From a virus, in the UHGV virus genome UHGV-0208881: DNA of 22,343 nt. The stretch is one strand, 5' to 3'. This document shows positions 1 to 10,391 of the stretch, one piece after another. The notes beneath the pieces are model-generated. The model saw nothing but the letters and a program-made list of their open reading frames with translations. It made no database searches and was not told where the DNA came from. The translations under genes and the position numbers were made by a program. Position 1 is the stretch's first letter; every line of letters begins with the position of its first letter.

Positions 1-1
1 T

Positions 2-37
2 AATAAGCAACCTCCTCTGTTAGGAGGTTGCTTATTA
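2..37 (-). terminator. Perfect 16-bp inverted repeat (stem TAATAAGCAACCTCCT, 5-nt loop) about 30 nt downstream of the tailspike stop; probable end-of-late-operon hairpin, with any U-tract lying beyond the window edge
   Basis: Read directly: bases 1-16 are the exact reverse complement of bases 22-37. No T-run follows on the plus strand; the minus-strand tail is outside the window. Confidence 0.4.
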
Positions 38-68
38 CAATTAAAGTCTAATAATGCGCTCTAGATAT

Positions 69-2486
69 TTACAATGTAATGTTTTGCGGCATGTCTGTAT
101 TCGCCTTATTTGCTGCTGGGTACTGGCATGTAGCAGTCGAATTTGTTGTCGAGTTATCCCCGAACCACAATTTGTTCTGTGACGCTATCCCTGACACTGC
201 AGATCCAGAGCACTGAATGACGTTAATTGCATCCTTAAACATGTTGTCAGCAATTCTGATATTCTCATACTGTGAAAGCCATGGAGTTGCTCCATCATCT
301 ATCAGCATTGTTGCATTTCCTGCCGTTCCAGGGGTAGATGATGATATATAGTTTCTAGAAAATTCTGCATAACTAGTTCCTGTTGCTTTTGATACCCCCG
401 TTTGTAATTGATCAAACAAAAAACCGCCTATCTGGATGTTGCCTCTTACAATAAGGGACCTTGGTGTATATCCTGCCGGATGGAATTTAACAACTCGAGT
501 GCCACAATTATAGAACTTGTTTTCTATAAAAGAAGCAAGGCAATTTGATGAGCACTTAATCCTGATTAAAGATGGTCCATTTGTGAACTCATTTCCTGTT
601 AATGAAATAAAATTCATTAAACCGACATTAGTGGATGTCATAACATCAATGAATGGCATTAAGGAAAAACCTGAGTAATAAGAAACTTTGTTATCTATTA
701 CTCTTAGCTCTGTTGCTGCCGATCCTGTTGCAAAGTTGATATTTGAAATATTGCAATTAGATATTTTTATTCTATTAAAATTTCCAACAGCGGCAAAACC
801 AACTGATGATGTTGAGTCAGATCTAAGTGTTGCACCATTGAATTCAATGCCACTGTTTGATGATATGTTTGATGAATCTTGAGCAAACATGAATGTTGTT
901 CCAGTAGTGGCAATTACCCCGCCAATTATCTTAAATTCACAATTGCTCATTTGCGCGTAATTGGTCATGAACAATGGTGCTATCATAGTGTTATTATTAA
1001 GTGATATAATAGCAGACTCAATAACAACACCAGGAGTCCCAATTAACATAATGCGATCATAAGCTCTGATGGTGTTACCAGAAGCAACAAGAGATCGCAT
1101 CCACCCTGTATCTATCCAAGGAGTTGTTGATGTACCAGGTACAATATGAATGCCAACACCTTGAGTTTGTATATTATTTCCAGAGACAGTAATCTGCCCC
1201 CAAGGAATATTTCCGTTTGATCCTGGCATATCAAGAACAATTGCGTTATCTAAAACGTCAATATTGTTACCTATAATTGATAAACGTGTAAATCCACAGC
1301 GACCTTTTATACATCCATTGCCTCTGGTATTAACTCTATTCTTCAGTGAGTTTCCAATTACAGCGATATCTTCAACCAAAGCTCCCTCGCCTGTTGCATC
1401 CCATGTGGCTCCAGCGGTGTACACAGCGTGATCATACCATCCATCCATTGAATTGCCTTGGATGCGAATATTGCGCATATTGCCACCGATGCATGATCCA
1501 GGTGAGTCATAGAACACGCAATCAAATATCAGAACGCCACCGAGTGAGTATCGGTGATCAGACCAAGTGACATTAGGCACTTGTGTTTTAACCCCATCAG
1601 GGGTGTTGTCATATGGTTCAGCGTTTGTCGGACATACATCTATATATCGTGTTTGGTCAGGAATAGATGTACCTGAGCCAGAAGCACCAACCTCCATGTT
1701 TCTGGCATTTCCATCAAATCTTAGGCCGTGAATAGAGATGCTTCCAGTTGCTCCTGACGCAACCAGCAAAATATTTGAACGGTCCTGGTTAGGGTCAATA
1801 TCTGTAGTTGAACCTGTTACAAAATGTGACCGCTGACTTCTGACGAGCGTTGCCCCTCCATCACCCCAAATAGATGTGCATCCTGTCCATACGTTTACCT
1901 TTGCATCAAACACATAGTCTCCAGGAGGGAAAAATACACCACAACCTTTTTCTGCTGCCTCATTAACAGCGAGTTGAACAGATGCGTTGACGTATTTAGT
2001 TCTATCTCTTGCAAATACTGATGCCATTTCATCATCAGTCATATATTTTGTAGCCAGAATACTTGGTGTCTTCTCTACATATTCATCAAGTGTTCCATAT
2101 CGGGTGTTTACAAGAGAACCATTGCCATTAGCTAATTCAAGGCGCAACTGGTCAGGATCGTATTTCAGTACATTAGGATAATAGAACTGCTGTGCCCCGT
2201 ACGCATCATAAACAGCCATAGAATGGCCTTGCACAGTTACGAACTTGGCAATCTGCCCGTTATATACAGGATATCCTGCAGCGTTAATGATGATTGGTTG
2301 CGAAACAGGAACGTGAGAACCATCTTCGTTCTCTATATAAACCTGAATCTGGTTTTCAGGATTTACCGGGTCAGTGTCAATTTTACCGATATAAATTTTT
2401 CCATTGGCTACGGCTTTAAAAGAACGCGCCATAGTGAAGAGTTGCGAAGGCATACTCACTACAACATTGGCTGTAATGTCTGTCAT
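69..2486 (-). CDS. Tailspike protein: P22 gp9-like head-binding N-terminal domain (about 115 aa) fused to a different right-handed beta-helix (pectate-lyase-like) receptor-binding/glycanase domain
   Basis: 805-aa ORF. N-terminus [11 protein letters not shown]...VLKYDPDQ matches remembered P22 tailspike head-binding domain; remainder is rich in GN/IxGN repeats typical of beta-helix tailspikes and does not resemble the P22 endorhamnosidase body. Last gene of the operon. SD GGAG upstream of ATG. Confidence 0.85.
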   Translation of the reverse strand: MTDITANVVVSMPSQLFTMARSFKAVANGKIYIGKIDTDPVNPENQIQVYIENEDGSHVPVSQPIIINAAGYPVYNGQIAKFVTVQGHSMAVYDAYGAQQFYYPNVLKYDPDQLRLELANGNGSLVNTRYGTLDEYVEKTPSILATKYMTDDEMASVFARDRTKYVNASVQLAVNEAAEKGCGVFFPPGDYVFDAKVNVWTGCTSIWGDGGATLVRSQRSHFVTGSTTDIDPNQDRSNILLVASGATGSISIHGLRFDGNARNMEVGASGSGTSIPDQTRYIDVCPTNAEPYDNTPDGVKTQVPNVTWSDHRYSLGGVLIFDCVFYDSPGSCIGGNMRNIRIQGNSMDGWYDHAVYTAGATWDATGEGALVEDIAVIGNSLKNRVNTRGNGCIKGRCGFTRLSIIGNNIDVLDNAIVLDMPGSNGNIPWGQITVSGNNIQTQGVGIHIVPGTSTTPWIDTGWMRSLVASGNTIRAYDRIMLIGTPGVVIESAIISLNNNTMIAPLFMTNYAQMSNCEFKIIGGVIATTGTTFMFAQDSSNISSNSGIEFNGATLRSDSTSSVGFAAVGNFNRIKISNCNISNINFATGSAATELRVIDNKVSYYSGFSLMPFIDVMTSTNVGLMNFISLTGNEFTNGPSLIRIKCSSNCLASFIENKFYNCGTRVVKFHPAGYTPRSLIVRGNIQIGGFLFDQLQTGVSKATGTSYAEFSRNYISSSTPGTAGNATMLIDDGATPWLSQYENIRIADNMFKDAINVIQCSGSAVSGIASQNKLWFGDNSTTNSTATCQYPAANKANTDMPQNITL

Positions 2487-2650
2487 TTAATTTGCTCCAG
2501 ACGTAGCAATGCGGAACAAGATGCAACTTGCCCGGCATTGCACTAATGTCAGTTATGATCTGTTAATTATGAGATGAGTCTATGCAAAGAGATCTGTTGA
2601 ATATTGCGTTCTACATATTTGGTTTTTGCACGTTCCTGGTGTTTGCGAAA

Positions 2651-5044
2651 CTATTCTGACAACGCATCAGACTTAGCGCCTTGGGTCAGCGCGTTAATGG
2701 CCTTTTGCGCCTGCTGCATGGCTTTCTCAAACGCTGTTGATCCGCGTGGGGTGTTTGCCATTCGGAGCATTGCATTTCTGAATGGCTCGCTCTCATAGGC
2801 GCGAGTAAGAAGTCCGTAGCTTACTGCTGCGCCAGTTGTTGCAGGGTTCATTGCCGTCCCATACCCGATAATGAACGGGATGGTTTGCTGGCCTGTGGGT
2901 GTTGTTACAGCCGCTTTTGCAGCCTGCTGCGTGGATTGAAGGTAGTTTTTCAATCCTTTCAGATAAGCGGCTTCCTGACCTTTAAATGTGATTCCAGTCT
3001 GGTTTTGCAGGATGTTAAGCTGTCGAAGGAACTGGTCAGGGGATCCGCCAGATTTCTCCATCGCCTTTCCAATGATGCCATTGCGCATTTGCGCCCTGCC
3101 AACACGACCAACTGAGTTATACAGAGTCTTAATTTCCGATTTGTTCTTGCTGAATAGCATGTTGTTGACAACTTCCGGCGTCAGGTCGCCTTTCATGAGA
3201 ACATTCTTCAGCCTGGTATTCTTTAGTTTCTCCGCTTCGTCAGCGTAGACGGCATTGGCCTGCTGATATTTACGGAGAGTATCGTTGCCAAGATTCTGAC
3301 CAATGGCACCATTGATATCTTCGGTCATCGCCTTGTAAACTCGCTGAATGGCGGCATCGGAACGGTTTGGTAACACTGGTCGCTCCCCCTTCACGTCCAT
3401 TCTGAACTGGCTGCGCAGGTCGCTTAATTGCTTCAAATCCAGATTTACCGGACCATCAGGGCCAGCATTGCGAACAAGCTCATCACGATAGGACTGAAGT
3501 TTTGAAATAGTCTCGCTATCAGCAACCTTACCAAGCTTCTGCAGGTTAGATATTTCTGTATCAATCTGCTGAATTGCTCGCGCAGGCTGAATGTTTACTC
3601 CAGCCATAGCATTCTGAACCTGCTCCAGTCGATTACCGGCTGCACGACGAATTCCTGATGTTTTCGCTTTAAGGCTGTCAATAACAACCGCTGGGTCATA
3701 CTCACCGAATTTATCAGCAAATCTCTGCACCAACTGGCTTCTCGCTTCCTGTTGCGTTGCTCTCATTCCGCTTGTGCCAGCCAGAGGGATATTTTCTGCT
3801 GTAGTCTGCGCCATTTTTCCGACGCGGGAAGTTGGTTGTAACAGGTCTGTGGTGTGAAGAGGAACTCCTTCACGCTCTGCAAATCTGATAGCCTGCTGCG
3901 CTTCTGGCGAGATAGCGCCACGAACGCCACGATAAGCAGCACCTAATCCACGTCCGGCAGCGTTAATAGCACCGCCAGCAAGTACACCAACGCCTAAATC
4001 GGTGGCGAGTGCTTCCGCATCATCTTTCGCACTATTTGCAGCAAGTGATCCAACTGCGTTTCCTGCTAGAAGGCGAGTTGCCCCCTGAGCAATTCGACCA
4101 GCAAGTGTTGGTGCCTGTGTTGCCGCTCTCTCAACGCCAGCAGGAGTGAGGTAAGGCAATGCTTCGGCAAATACCCTTCCCTCTGTCGTTTGTGGAGTCA
4201 GCGCGCCTTGCTGAAGGCCAAAGTCCTGCTCTAATCCCTGCGTTGTTACTCGTGGTGCTGGTTGATATGTACCATCGCCAATGCCGAGTTTACCGCCAGC
4301 CCAAGCCGCCGCGCTTGTTACAGCATCAGTGAGTTCAGCAGGTATGTTCGCTACGTTGATTCCTGCCTGTAGTAAGCCGCGCCCGGTTTCAGCAAGTCCA
4401 TTACCAAGGTCAGACATTATTCCGCCTTGCTGCTGAACAGGTTTCGGTGCGACAGAACTTACGGGTTGAGGTGGCTGCTGACTGGCTGCCTGCTGCTCAA
4501 TCTGAGCAAATGGATTATTTGGGTCTGACTGCACGCCTGATGCCGATACTTGTTCGGATGACTGTGCTTCCAGTTGTGCAAACGGGTTGTTAGGGTCTTG
4601 CTGAGGATGTACCTTTGCAGAGGTGGCGCGCTGTTCGACTGTTGAGTCTGTCACCGGGTCACCCGCCCATTGAGCAAAGCGATCATCAACGTAACCGCGG
4701 CCTTCAGGTCCTGGCGTATATTCACCACGCTTTGCCTTCATAACGTTGCCGGGACCGTCGTGATAAGCCTGAAGAGCGTCACGCCAGTTACCAAACTGCT
4801 GGTACATCTTTGCCAGATAGCGCGCGCCAGCGTCAGCCTGATATTCGGGGTTTTGCATTTGCTCATCGGTATAACCCATATCACGCCATGTCCCAGGCAT
4901 GACCTGAGTCAATCCTACAGCCCCGGCGGAGCTTACTGCGGCAGGGTTGTAAGAAGACTCCTTGGCACCCAGTGCAGTCATCAACCCTTCTGGCACACCG
5001 TAACGTGCGCCAGCCTGCTCTAACAAATCACGGTAATTAGCCAT
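2651..5044 (-). CDS. Ejection (injection) protein, P22 gp16 position, with N-terminal soluble lytic transglycosylase (SLT) domain
   Basis: 797-aa ORF immediately after the gp20-like gene. N-terminal motif AKESSYNPAAVSSAGAVGLTQVMPGTW fits the SLT family catalytic region (ES...GAxGLxQxMP). Followed by a Q/P/A-rich linker with a tandem repeat and a long C-terminal domain. Position matches the third ejection protein of P22-like phages. Confidence 0.8.
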   Translation of the reverse strand: MANYRDLLEQAGARYGVPEGLMTALGAKESSYNPAAVSSAGAVGLTQVMPGTWRDMGYTDEQMQNPEYQADAGARYLAKMYQQFGNWRDALQAYHDGPGNVMKAKRGEYTPGPEGRGYVDDRFAQWAGDPVTDSTVEQRATSAKVHPQQDPNNPFAQLEAQSSEQVSASGVQSDPNNPFAQIEQQAASQQPPQPVSSVAPKPVQQQGGIMSDLGNGLAETGRGLLQAGINVANIPAELTDAVTSAAAWAGGKLGIGDGTYQPAPRVTTQGLEQDFGLQQGALTPQTTEGRVFAEALPYLTPAGVERAATQAPTLAGRIAQGATRLLAGNAVGSLAANSAKDDAEALATDLGVGVLAGGAINAAGRGLGAAYRGVRGAISPEAQQAIRFAEREGVPLHTTDLLQPTSRVGKMAQTTAENIPLAGTSGMRATQQEARSQLVQRFADKFGEYDPAVVIDSLKAKTSGIRRAAGNRLEQVQNAMAGVNIQPARAIQQIDTEISNLQKLGKVADSETISKLQSYRDELVRNAGPDGPVNLDLKQLSDLRSQFRMDVKGERPVLPNRSDAAIQRVYKAMTEDINGAIGQNLGNDTLRKYQQANAVYADEAEKLKNTRLKNVLMKGDLTPEVVNNMLFSKNKSEIKTLYNSVGRVGRAQMRNGIIGKAMEKSGGSPDQFLRQLNILQNQTGITFKGQEAAYLKGLKNYLQSTQQAAKAAVTTPTGQQTIPFIIGYGTAMNPATTGAAVSYGLLTRAYESEPFRNAMLRMANTPRGSTAFEKAMQQAQKAINALTQGAKSDALSE
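4491..4612 (-). repeat. In-frame tandem repeat (two copies of about 75 bp / 25 aa, DPNNPFAQ(L/I)E.Q...) in the linker of the SLT-ejection protein
   Basis: Protein shows QDPNNPFAQLEAQSSEQVSASGVQS followed by DPNNPFAQIEQQAASQQPPQPVSS; the matching DNA repeats are visible on the plus strand near 4491-4526 and 4566-4602. Confidence 0.5.
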
Positions 5045-6382
5045 TTACTGCCCCAAAGATGGAAGATATCCGTAGCGATTAATGAAGTCGATTGACAGCT
5101 CGGGGTGCTGCTTCAGGTAATCTATAGAAGCCTGAGGCGCTTCCACTCGCTTGATACCGTTTTGCTGAACGTACTTACCAACCGCCTCATTACGCTTCTG
5201 GTTGAGCGTGTTCAGGATGACGCCAGCGTTGCGACGAAAGGACTCCTCGCTCTGCGAGTTCTGCAGCGAACCAACAGCCTGGTCGAGCTTTTTGCCCTCG
5301 GCATCAGAAAGTGCGCCCATGCCTCGCATGGCCTGAACCGCTGTCAGGTATGCTTGTGATTTAAAGGTATCAAGTCGTGCCTGAGTGTCTGCAGCCTGTG
5401 AGCCTGGAACGTTGGGGATTACTCCGCGTAAGCCTGTAATGCTCTTAAGTGAAGGAGAACTAACGATATCGTTCAGAGTGAACATGCTGGTTGTGAGGGT
5501 GTTGATGCCGTCTTTGTAGCCATCATTTAGCGCTTGCTGCTTCTGCTGCAACTGCTGGTTGTTGGCTGCTATGCGGCTCTGTATTTCCTGGCGCTTCAGG
5601 TCGTTAGTTTCTGCTGATAGCATCCGGTCAAGGCGCTTATTTTCGTTGTTAATGCGGTTTGTTTCTGCGTCCAGATTAATGCGCTGCTGACCTAAATTCG
5701 CCTGGATATCTTGTCCGCGCATTGTGATTGCCTGATTCCGAGCGGCGGTTTGCGAATCCAGATCCTGACCGCGCATGGTAACCTGGCGACCCTGCATTTT
5801 ATCCTGTAGGTCAAAGTATTTTTCGGGCCCGAGACTGTTCATCCCCAGGTGATCGACAAATTCGCCGAACTGCCGCGGGTTCTGTTGGTACATCTGAGCG
5901 ACGTCCTGAGGATTAACGCCAACACGAGCTAACTCACCGGCGTTGTTTTGCAGCCATGATTGCATTGCTTCTGGAGACGATGACGCAAGGCGAGCGCCAG
6001 CCGCTAAGGTGCCTATAGAATTGCGTTGGTCTTCGTCTGCCCACTTCATACCAGACTGAATCTTCTCTAATTGACGAGGATATTTGGTCATCAGATCTCG
6101 CACCTGCTGTCGATCACCGGACTGGATGGCTGCCGCATATTCTTTTTGGAATGCAGCATCCGCTTCCTGTTGCTTTGCGGCTTGATATGTTTGAGCGACA
6201 CTACCAAGTCCCTGCAACGCCTGAAGGCCGATGTTATTGCGACCTGAACGCTCCATTTCGTTGTTCTGGCGAATATAGGCCAACGCCTCACTTACATCAC
6301 TTGCCTTTGGCGCATTTGAGTTTTGCCCACCGATACCAGCAAGAAAACCGCCTGAGTTGATTCCTTGTTGCCAAGTAGCCAT
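5045..6382 (-). CDS. Ejection protein, P22 gp20-like
   Basis: 445-aa ORF in the conserved gp7-gp20-gp16 position; Q-rich coiled-coil-like sequence with an internal TMRGQD(L/I) repeat; start adjoins the stop of the downstream gene. Confidence 0.8.
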   Translation of the reverse strand: MATWQQGINSGGFLAGIGGQNSNAPKASDVSEALAYIRQNNEMERSGRNNIGLQALQGLGSVAQTYQAAKQQEADAAFQKEYAAAIQSGDRQQVRDLMTKYPRQLEKIQSGMKWADEDQRNSIGTLAAGARLASSSPEAMQSWLQNNAGELARVGVNPQDVAQMYQQNPRQFGEFVDHLGMNSLGPEKYFDLQDKMQGRQVTMRGQDLDSQTAARNQAITMRGQDIQANLGQQRINLDAETNRINNENKRLDRMLSAETNDLKRQEIQSRIAANNQQLQQKQQALNDGYKDGINTLTTSMFTLNDIVSSPSLKSITGLRGVIPNVPGSQAADTQARLDTFKSQAYLTAVQAMRGMGALSDAEGKKLDQAVGSLQNSQSEESFRRNAGVILNTLNQKRNEAVGKYVQQNGIKRVEAPQASIDYLKQHPELSIDFINRYGYLPSLGQ

Positions 6383-6391
6383 ATTCCCACC

Positions 6392-7066
6392 TTAAAACAA
6401 TGATCCAAGACCACCGATAATACCGCCACCAATAGCGCCAACAGCTGTACCTATTCCAGGCACCACAGAGCCAATCATCGCCCCTGATGCCGCACCGCTC
6501 ATGGCACCGCCCAAAGCTGATTGCAATCCTGATGGTCGGTTAGCATTCGCCGCAGATGCTGCCGCCTGCTGTTGATACAATTGGCTGACGTTGTTAGCGT
6601 AGTTCTGTCCGGCGTTTGCCTGACCTGTAAGAGCACCAAGGCCGATATTTGCCAGATTGTTGTAGTTGTTCATCTGACCTGACAGCCAGTTTTGACCGAG
6701 TGTAGGTGCGATTGCTGCCAGCTGGTTTCCGGTTGCTGTAGAGCCTAATCCACCCGTTGCCTCTGCTGCTGCCAGACTCTGATAGCGCGCCTGACCAGCA
6801 AGGTCTTTGTACTGCTGAGAGTTGTAATACTGGTTAAGAGCCTGACCTTGCCCCTGAAGAGAGGAAAGATTTTGCAACTGTGATACGTACTGCTGAGCGA
6901 GTGGCGTGAACGGTGCAAGGTTCTGCATGTTCGTTTGCCACATTTCACGCTGCAATTCGATGCCCTTTTCAGTTGCGCGTGCCTGGGCTTTTGAACCGCC
7001 ATCACTGCCACCTTTGCAGTAAACAGTTTTGCTGAGGTGCTTATTGGCAATCTGGAAAATTAACAT
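6392..7066 (-). CDS. Ejection protein, P22 gp7-like, glycine-rich hydrophobic C-terminus
   Basis: 224-aa ORF, AGGAG SD 7 nt upstream of ATG, C-terminus SGAASGAMIGSVVPGIGTAVGAIGGGIIGGLGSLF. Overlaps the 3' end of the gp14-like gene by 26 nt. Confidence 0.75.
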   Translation of the reverse strand: MLIFQIANKHLSKTVYCKGGSDGGSKAQARATEKGIELQREMWQTNMQNLAPFTPLAQQYVSQLQNLSSLQGQGQALNQYYNSQQYKDLAGQARYQSLAAAEATGGLGSTATGNQLAAIAPTLGQNWLSGQMNNYNNLANIGLGALTGQANAGQNYANNVSQLYQQQAAASAANANRPSGLQSALGGAMSGAASGAMIGSVVPGIGTAVGAIGGGIIGGLGSLF

Positions 7067-7520
7067 TCTTTAGCTCCTCGTATTTTGAGCGCGGTAACTG
7101 ATAAATCGTGATGCCTACAGGCTTTCCATTGCTGGTATAAGCATCATCAAGGTGACCAACACGGGTAGCGCCAAGCAAACGGATAATTGCCCGTCCGTAT
7201 TTCGTGGTGTCAGGAACCATGGTGATGCTGTTAAGGAATGGTGAGTTTTCGAGAAGCCATTTGCAGAATAATCGATGCCCTTGCAGTGCATATTCACCAC
7301 GGAATCCGGGGTCGTACACCGCATGGCATTCAACAACGCTATGCCAGAAGTTACGCACTTCATGAACTCCAGCCAGCACTAATCCTTCGTAGATGCCGAG
7401 ATATACCGCATCAGTCTTGATGTAGTATTTGTCTCCACTGTCTACGATATTTCCCGTGTTTGCCGGGTTGTTGAGGAATTCTGCAAGCTTCACCGGGTTA
7501 TCGATGAGCTTTATGTGCAT
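7041..7520 (-). CDS. Head/tail assembly protein, P22 gp14-like
   Basis: 159-aa ORF in the conserved position between the needle gene and the ejection-protein genes; start overlaps the upstream stop (TAATG). Confidence 0.75.
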   Translation of the reverse strand: MHIKLIDNPVKLAEFLNNPANTGNIVDSGDKYYIKTDAVYLGIYEGLVLAGVHEVRNFWHSVVECHAVYDPGFRGEYALQGHRLFCKWLLENSPFLNSITMVPDTTKYGRAIIRLLGATRVGHLDDAYTSNGKPVGITIYQLPRSKYEELKNVNFPDCQ

Positions 7521-8221
7521 TAGTTGATTAATCCATGTGTTCGTAAGGCGTCTTCCAGTGCTTTGATGCGCTGCCGCGCCTGCTGTAAACCTGTAGCCAT
7601 AGCGGAAACTTCAGACTGCGTATACGTGGTACTGACCGTGTATGCCTGGTTAGCGTTGAATGCGCCGAGAAGTGCCGTTCCGGTTGCTGCTGTCCATCCT
7701 GTCTGACGAGCACCGATAACCTTGGTGCCGCCGACTGAATAGGATGTTGTTACGTTGAGGGGGGATGCCAGCGATTGTGTTGCTGTGGCTGTTTTCGATA
7801 CGTAATCGTCCTGCAATGCAGAAATATTTCCTTCAGCCTCCGTCACTCTACCATCAAGAGCACTGACATCAGCCTGCAAGGTGACTATTTCACCTTCAGC
7901 CGTGGTTAGTCTGACATCCAGCGACGCGATTGCATTGGTATTTGCAGTAATACGGATTTCATGGTCGTCTACGTCGATGCGGAGCTGACGAATTCTTTCT
8001 TCGTGATCAACCAGAATCACATCCTGCTCATCGTTCCTGACTTGTGCATCATAAGCGCCCTGTCCGGCCTCGTTGGCCTTGTTAGCCACGTTACCAACAT
8101 CAGTTCCCTGTGCGATAACGTAAAGCAGATACGACTGCGAGAAGATATTGCGTGGAAGGATTGATGTATCGAGCCGCGTCGCCTGCACAATAACAGGGGT
8201 GTTGAGATTCGAATCAGCCAT
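7520..8221 (-). CDS. Tail needle / plug protein, P22 gp26-like
   Basis: 233-aa ORF (same length as P22 gp26). N-terminus [18 protein letters not shown]...ILPRN and heptad-repeat middle region match the remembered gp26 trimeric coiled-coil needle. Confidence 0.85.
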   Translation of the reverse strand: MADSNLNTPVIVQATRLDTSILPRNIFSQSYLLYVIAQGTDVGNVANKANEAGQGAYDAQVRNDEQDVILVDHEERIRQLRIDVDDHEIRITANTNAIASLDVRLTTAEGEIVTLQADVSALDGRVTEAEGNISALQDDYVSKTATATQSLASPLNVTTSYSVGGTKVIGARQTGWTAATGTALLGAFNANQAYTVSTTYTQSEVSAMATGLQQARQRIKALEDALRTHGLIN

Positions 8222-9639
8222 TACTCAATCCTTATCTGGCAGCCAGACAGAGTTACAGGTGACTTCGTGATAACGCGCAATTTGAAGCCGACATTTTTCC
8301 TGATGCGCCCTACTCGCTTCCACAAAACACGCTTGTCGTAAACGAACGGTTCATTCTGCTCAATCATCTGCTCACGACCGTAATTGATGCCGTCAGTGGT
8401 TGCAGAGAGGAACAGGCGGTCAGCGTACTGCGCAACACCAGTCGATGATTCCAACTCCAGATCAAAGCATCTGGCGTTATCCGCTTTGAACAGTGGAGTA
8501 AACAGCAGGTGTTCTTGCTGTAGCCCATACTGGCTGCTGATATCGAACTGCAATTTCCCGGTCACGGATTCCAGCTTATCGCCGCACGTTATCTGATTGC
8601 CTTCGTAAATGAAGTCGATAGCGCGGTACACATCGTCATACAGGCCTGTTTTCAGCACACACCATTGCGGACCATTGGCACTTGAAGATGCGTCGTATAC
8701 GAGGACATGGCGCGGAAGATGGATAATCAGCAACTCATGCGCATCAAATCTCAGAGACTCCATCACGCCATCAGCCAGTTCATCAGCAGTGTAGGAGCGT
8801 AGTATTTTCTCAATACTCGCGCTGGCGATTGGTGATATCTGACCGGAGCCGATGATGTATACAGATGGCGCACCTGTTGCCGGATTGCTGATGAACGCAT
8901 ACGAATCAGCGAACGGTGTTTTGCAGTAAGTCCCGGCAATACCTTTCTGCACCATCAACGATGGCTGGGCGACATACAAAGCAGCACCAACGGTGGTTGC
9001 GCCAGTCAGGGAGAAATACTCAATCGTCGATGAACCAAAGCAGACGATGAAGTCTCGCCATGTGCCGATGCCGATGATGCCGTCAGGCTGTGATTCTGCC
9101 CGATATTGTGCGCTGTAGCGGTCAGGATGCGATTCGTCTTCAAGGTCAGTGATAAACCATGAATCAGTGCCGTCTTTTGACCACGCATAACGCCCACGTA
9201 AGCGAGTAATGTCACGAACAGAACCTAACTCATACTGCGTGAATCCGCTGTCTGTAGGCCAGTTTGAGACGGTTTTAACCGTGCCATCATAGCGATACTC
9301 GACCAGTTGACCATTAACGCCTACCGCCTGTGATGTTCGACCATGCGCCATTGATACGCGACCACTTCCGGCAACATCGCCGACTTCACTTTCTCCTTTG
9401 TAGAGCTTGCCACCACACACGCGATAAACAGCACTCTGTGCCATGTTGTACTCGACGCCGCGAGATACACCGTTCACATCAGAACGTTTGGCAATGCCCG
9501 GGAATGAGCGAAGATATCCGCTGCTGTTAAGGATTTCTTTGGGGGTTGCCAGCATATTCACTGGCAGATAGTCGATATAGTCGGCGTTTCGGAAGTCTTT
9601 ACCGACACCTTTCATAAGCGGAAGTTGCTGAATCGGCAT
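8221..9639 (-). CDS. Tail hub / head-completion protein, P22 gp10-like
   Basis: 472-aa ORF (same length as P22 gp10). N-terminus [49 protein letters not shown] matches remembered gp10. Confidence 0.85.
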   Translation of the reverse strand: MPIQQLPLMKGVGKDFRNADYIDYLPVNMLATPKEILNSSGYLRSFPGIAKRSDVNGVSRGVEYNMAQSAVYRVCGGKLYKGESEVGDVAGSGRVSMAHGRTSQAVGVNGQLVEYRYDGTVKTVSNWPTDSGFTQYELGSVRDITRLRGRYAWSKDGTDSWFITDLEDESHPDRYSAQYRAESQPDGIIGIGTWRDFIVCFGSSTIEYFSLTGATTVGAALYVAQPSLMVQKGIAGTYCKTPFADSYAFISNPATGAPSVYIIGSGQISPIASASIEKILRSYTADELADGVMESLRFDAHELLIIHLPRHVLVYDASSSANGPQWCVLKTGLYDDVYRAIDFIYEGNQITCGDKLESVTGKLQFDISSQYGLQQEHLLFTPLFKADNARCFDLELESSTGVAQYADRLFLSATTDGINYGREQMIEQNEPFVYDKRVLWKRVGRIRKNVGFKLRVITKSPVTLSGCQIRIE

Positions 9640-10139
9640 TATTCGCTCCCGTTATCGCAAGGTTCCTTTCGGTGGAAGTAATTCCAACCGTTCCACTTCG
9701 CCAACTGATTACCGCTACCAATAGGCATACGGTTTGGATAACCGGACTTACATTTAGCGGCTTTTGCTCTGTCCATTGCAGACAGTTTGACGAGTCGCTC
9801 TTTCCCGTATCTGGCAGTGGTTATAAGTTTTGCAGACGCTTCCAGCGCATAATCTGGAGCAATGCGGCAGGCAAGGTTGAAAATGACGGCATTGATAGCG
9901 TTATTTGACAAACCGTGCTCATCGCCAGGATCCGGAGCGACATCTGCATCAGCGAAAATGTAGCCAACGTTGATACCAGGTGACGCATCACCTCCAAGCC
10001 ATTCAGCCATCATCATTTCAAGGTCGTTGACGCCGTCTTCCATGGACTGCGGTTCGACATCGGTTAACGTGGCATTTGATGCCACACCGAGCTTACGTAA
10101 TGCCGCAAGGACTAAATCACCCTTCGTTGTCAGGTTCAT
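9639..10139 (-). CDS. Tail accessory / head-completion protein, P22 gp4-like (start taken at internal Met, 166 aa)
   Basis: ORF track gives 9639..10208 (189 aa), but the Met at 10139 ([21 protein letters not shown]...) gives a 166-aa product matching remembered P22 gp4 length and N-terminus. The upstream ATG has no usable SD. Confidence 0.8.
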   Translation of the reverse strand: MNLTTKGDLVLAALRKLGVASNATLTDVEPQSMEDGVNDLEMMMAEWLGGDASPGINVGYIFADADVAPDPGDEHGLSNNAINAVIFNLACRIAPDYALEASAKLITTARYGKERLVKLSAMDRAKAAKCKSGYPNRMPIGSGNQLAKWNGWNYFHRKEPCDNGSE

Positions 10140-10347
10140 CTGCTGCCGCCTTAGGTTTTCGACCAGGCTTTTTACGCTGTTTTTCTTCTGGCTCTGGCTC
10201 TGCAACATCCTTCAAAAGGTCATCAGGATGTGAAAACCAGCCAGCATCCAGATATTCCTGAAGCTCTTCGGCTTTCACGATTTCAAAGTCGTAGCCAACG
10301 CCTTTCCACTTCTTCATGTCGCCATGACGAAAGATCATGTGTGTCAT
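10117..10347 (-). CDS. Small hypothetical protein between coat and gp4 (about 76 aa from the SD-supported Met), highly charged K/P/E-rich C-terminal tail
   Basis: ORF track 10117..10395 (92 aa) runs through the coat-gene terminator hairpin. The ATG at 10347 ([10 protein letters not shown]...) has GGAGA 5 nt upstream. C-terminus [27 protein letters not shown]. 3' end overlaps the gp4 start by 23 nt. Confidence 0.4.
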   Translation of the reverse strand: MTHMIFRHGDMKKWKGVGYDFEIVKAEELQEYLDAGWFSHPDDLLKDVAEPEPEEKQRKKPGRKPKAAADEPDNEG

Positions 10348-10360
10348 GCTTGTCTCCAGA

Positions 10361-10384
10361 TAAAAACGGGAGCCGAAGCTCCCT
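10361..10384 (-). terminator. Intrinsic terminator / attenuator just after the coat gene stop
   Basis: Minus strand reads GGGAGC-TTCG-GCTCCC (perfect 6-bp GC-rich stem, UUCG tetraloop) followed by G-TTTTT-A, a few nt after the coat TGA and just before the next SD. Confidence 0.6.
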
Positions 10385-10391
10385 CTGGTTA

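Noticed and set aside
2487-2650. 7-bp inverted repeat GCAATGC/GCATTGC with a 22-nt spacer, and an 8-bp direct repeat GATCTGTT, in the gap between the gp16-like gene and the tailspike
   Set aside because: Short and widely spaced, within chance expectation for a 164-bp AT-rich spacer; no clear -35/-10 pair could be defined.
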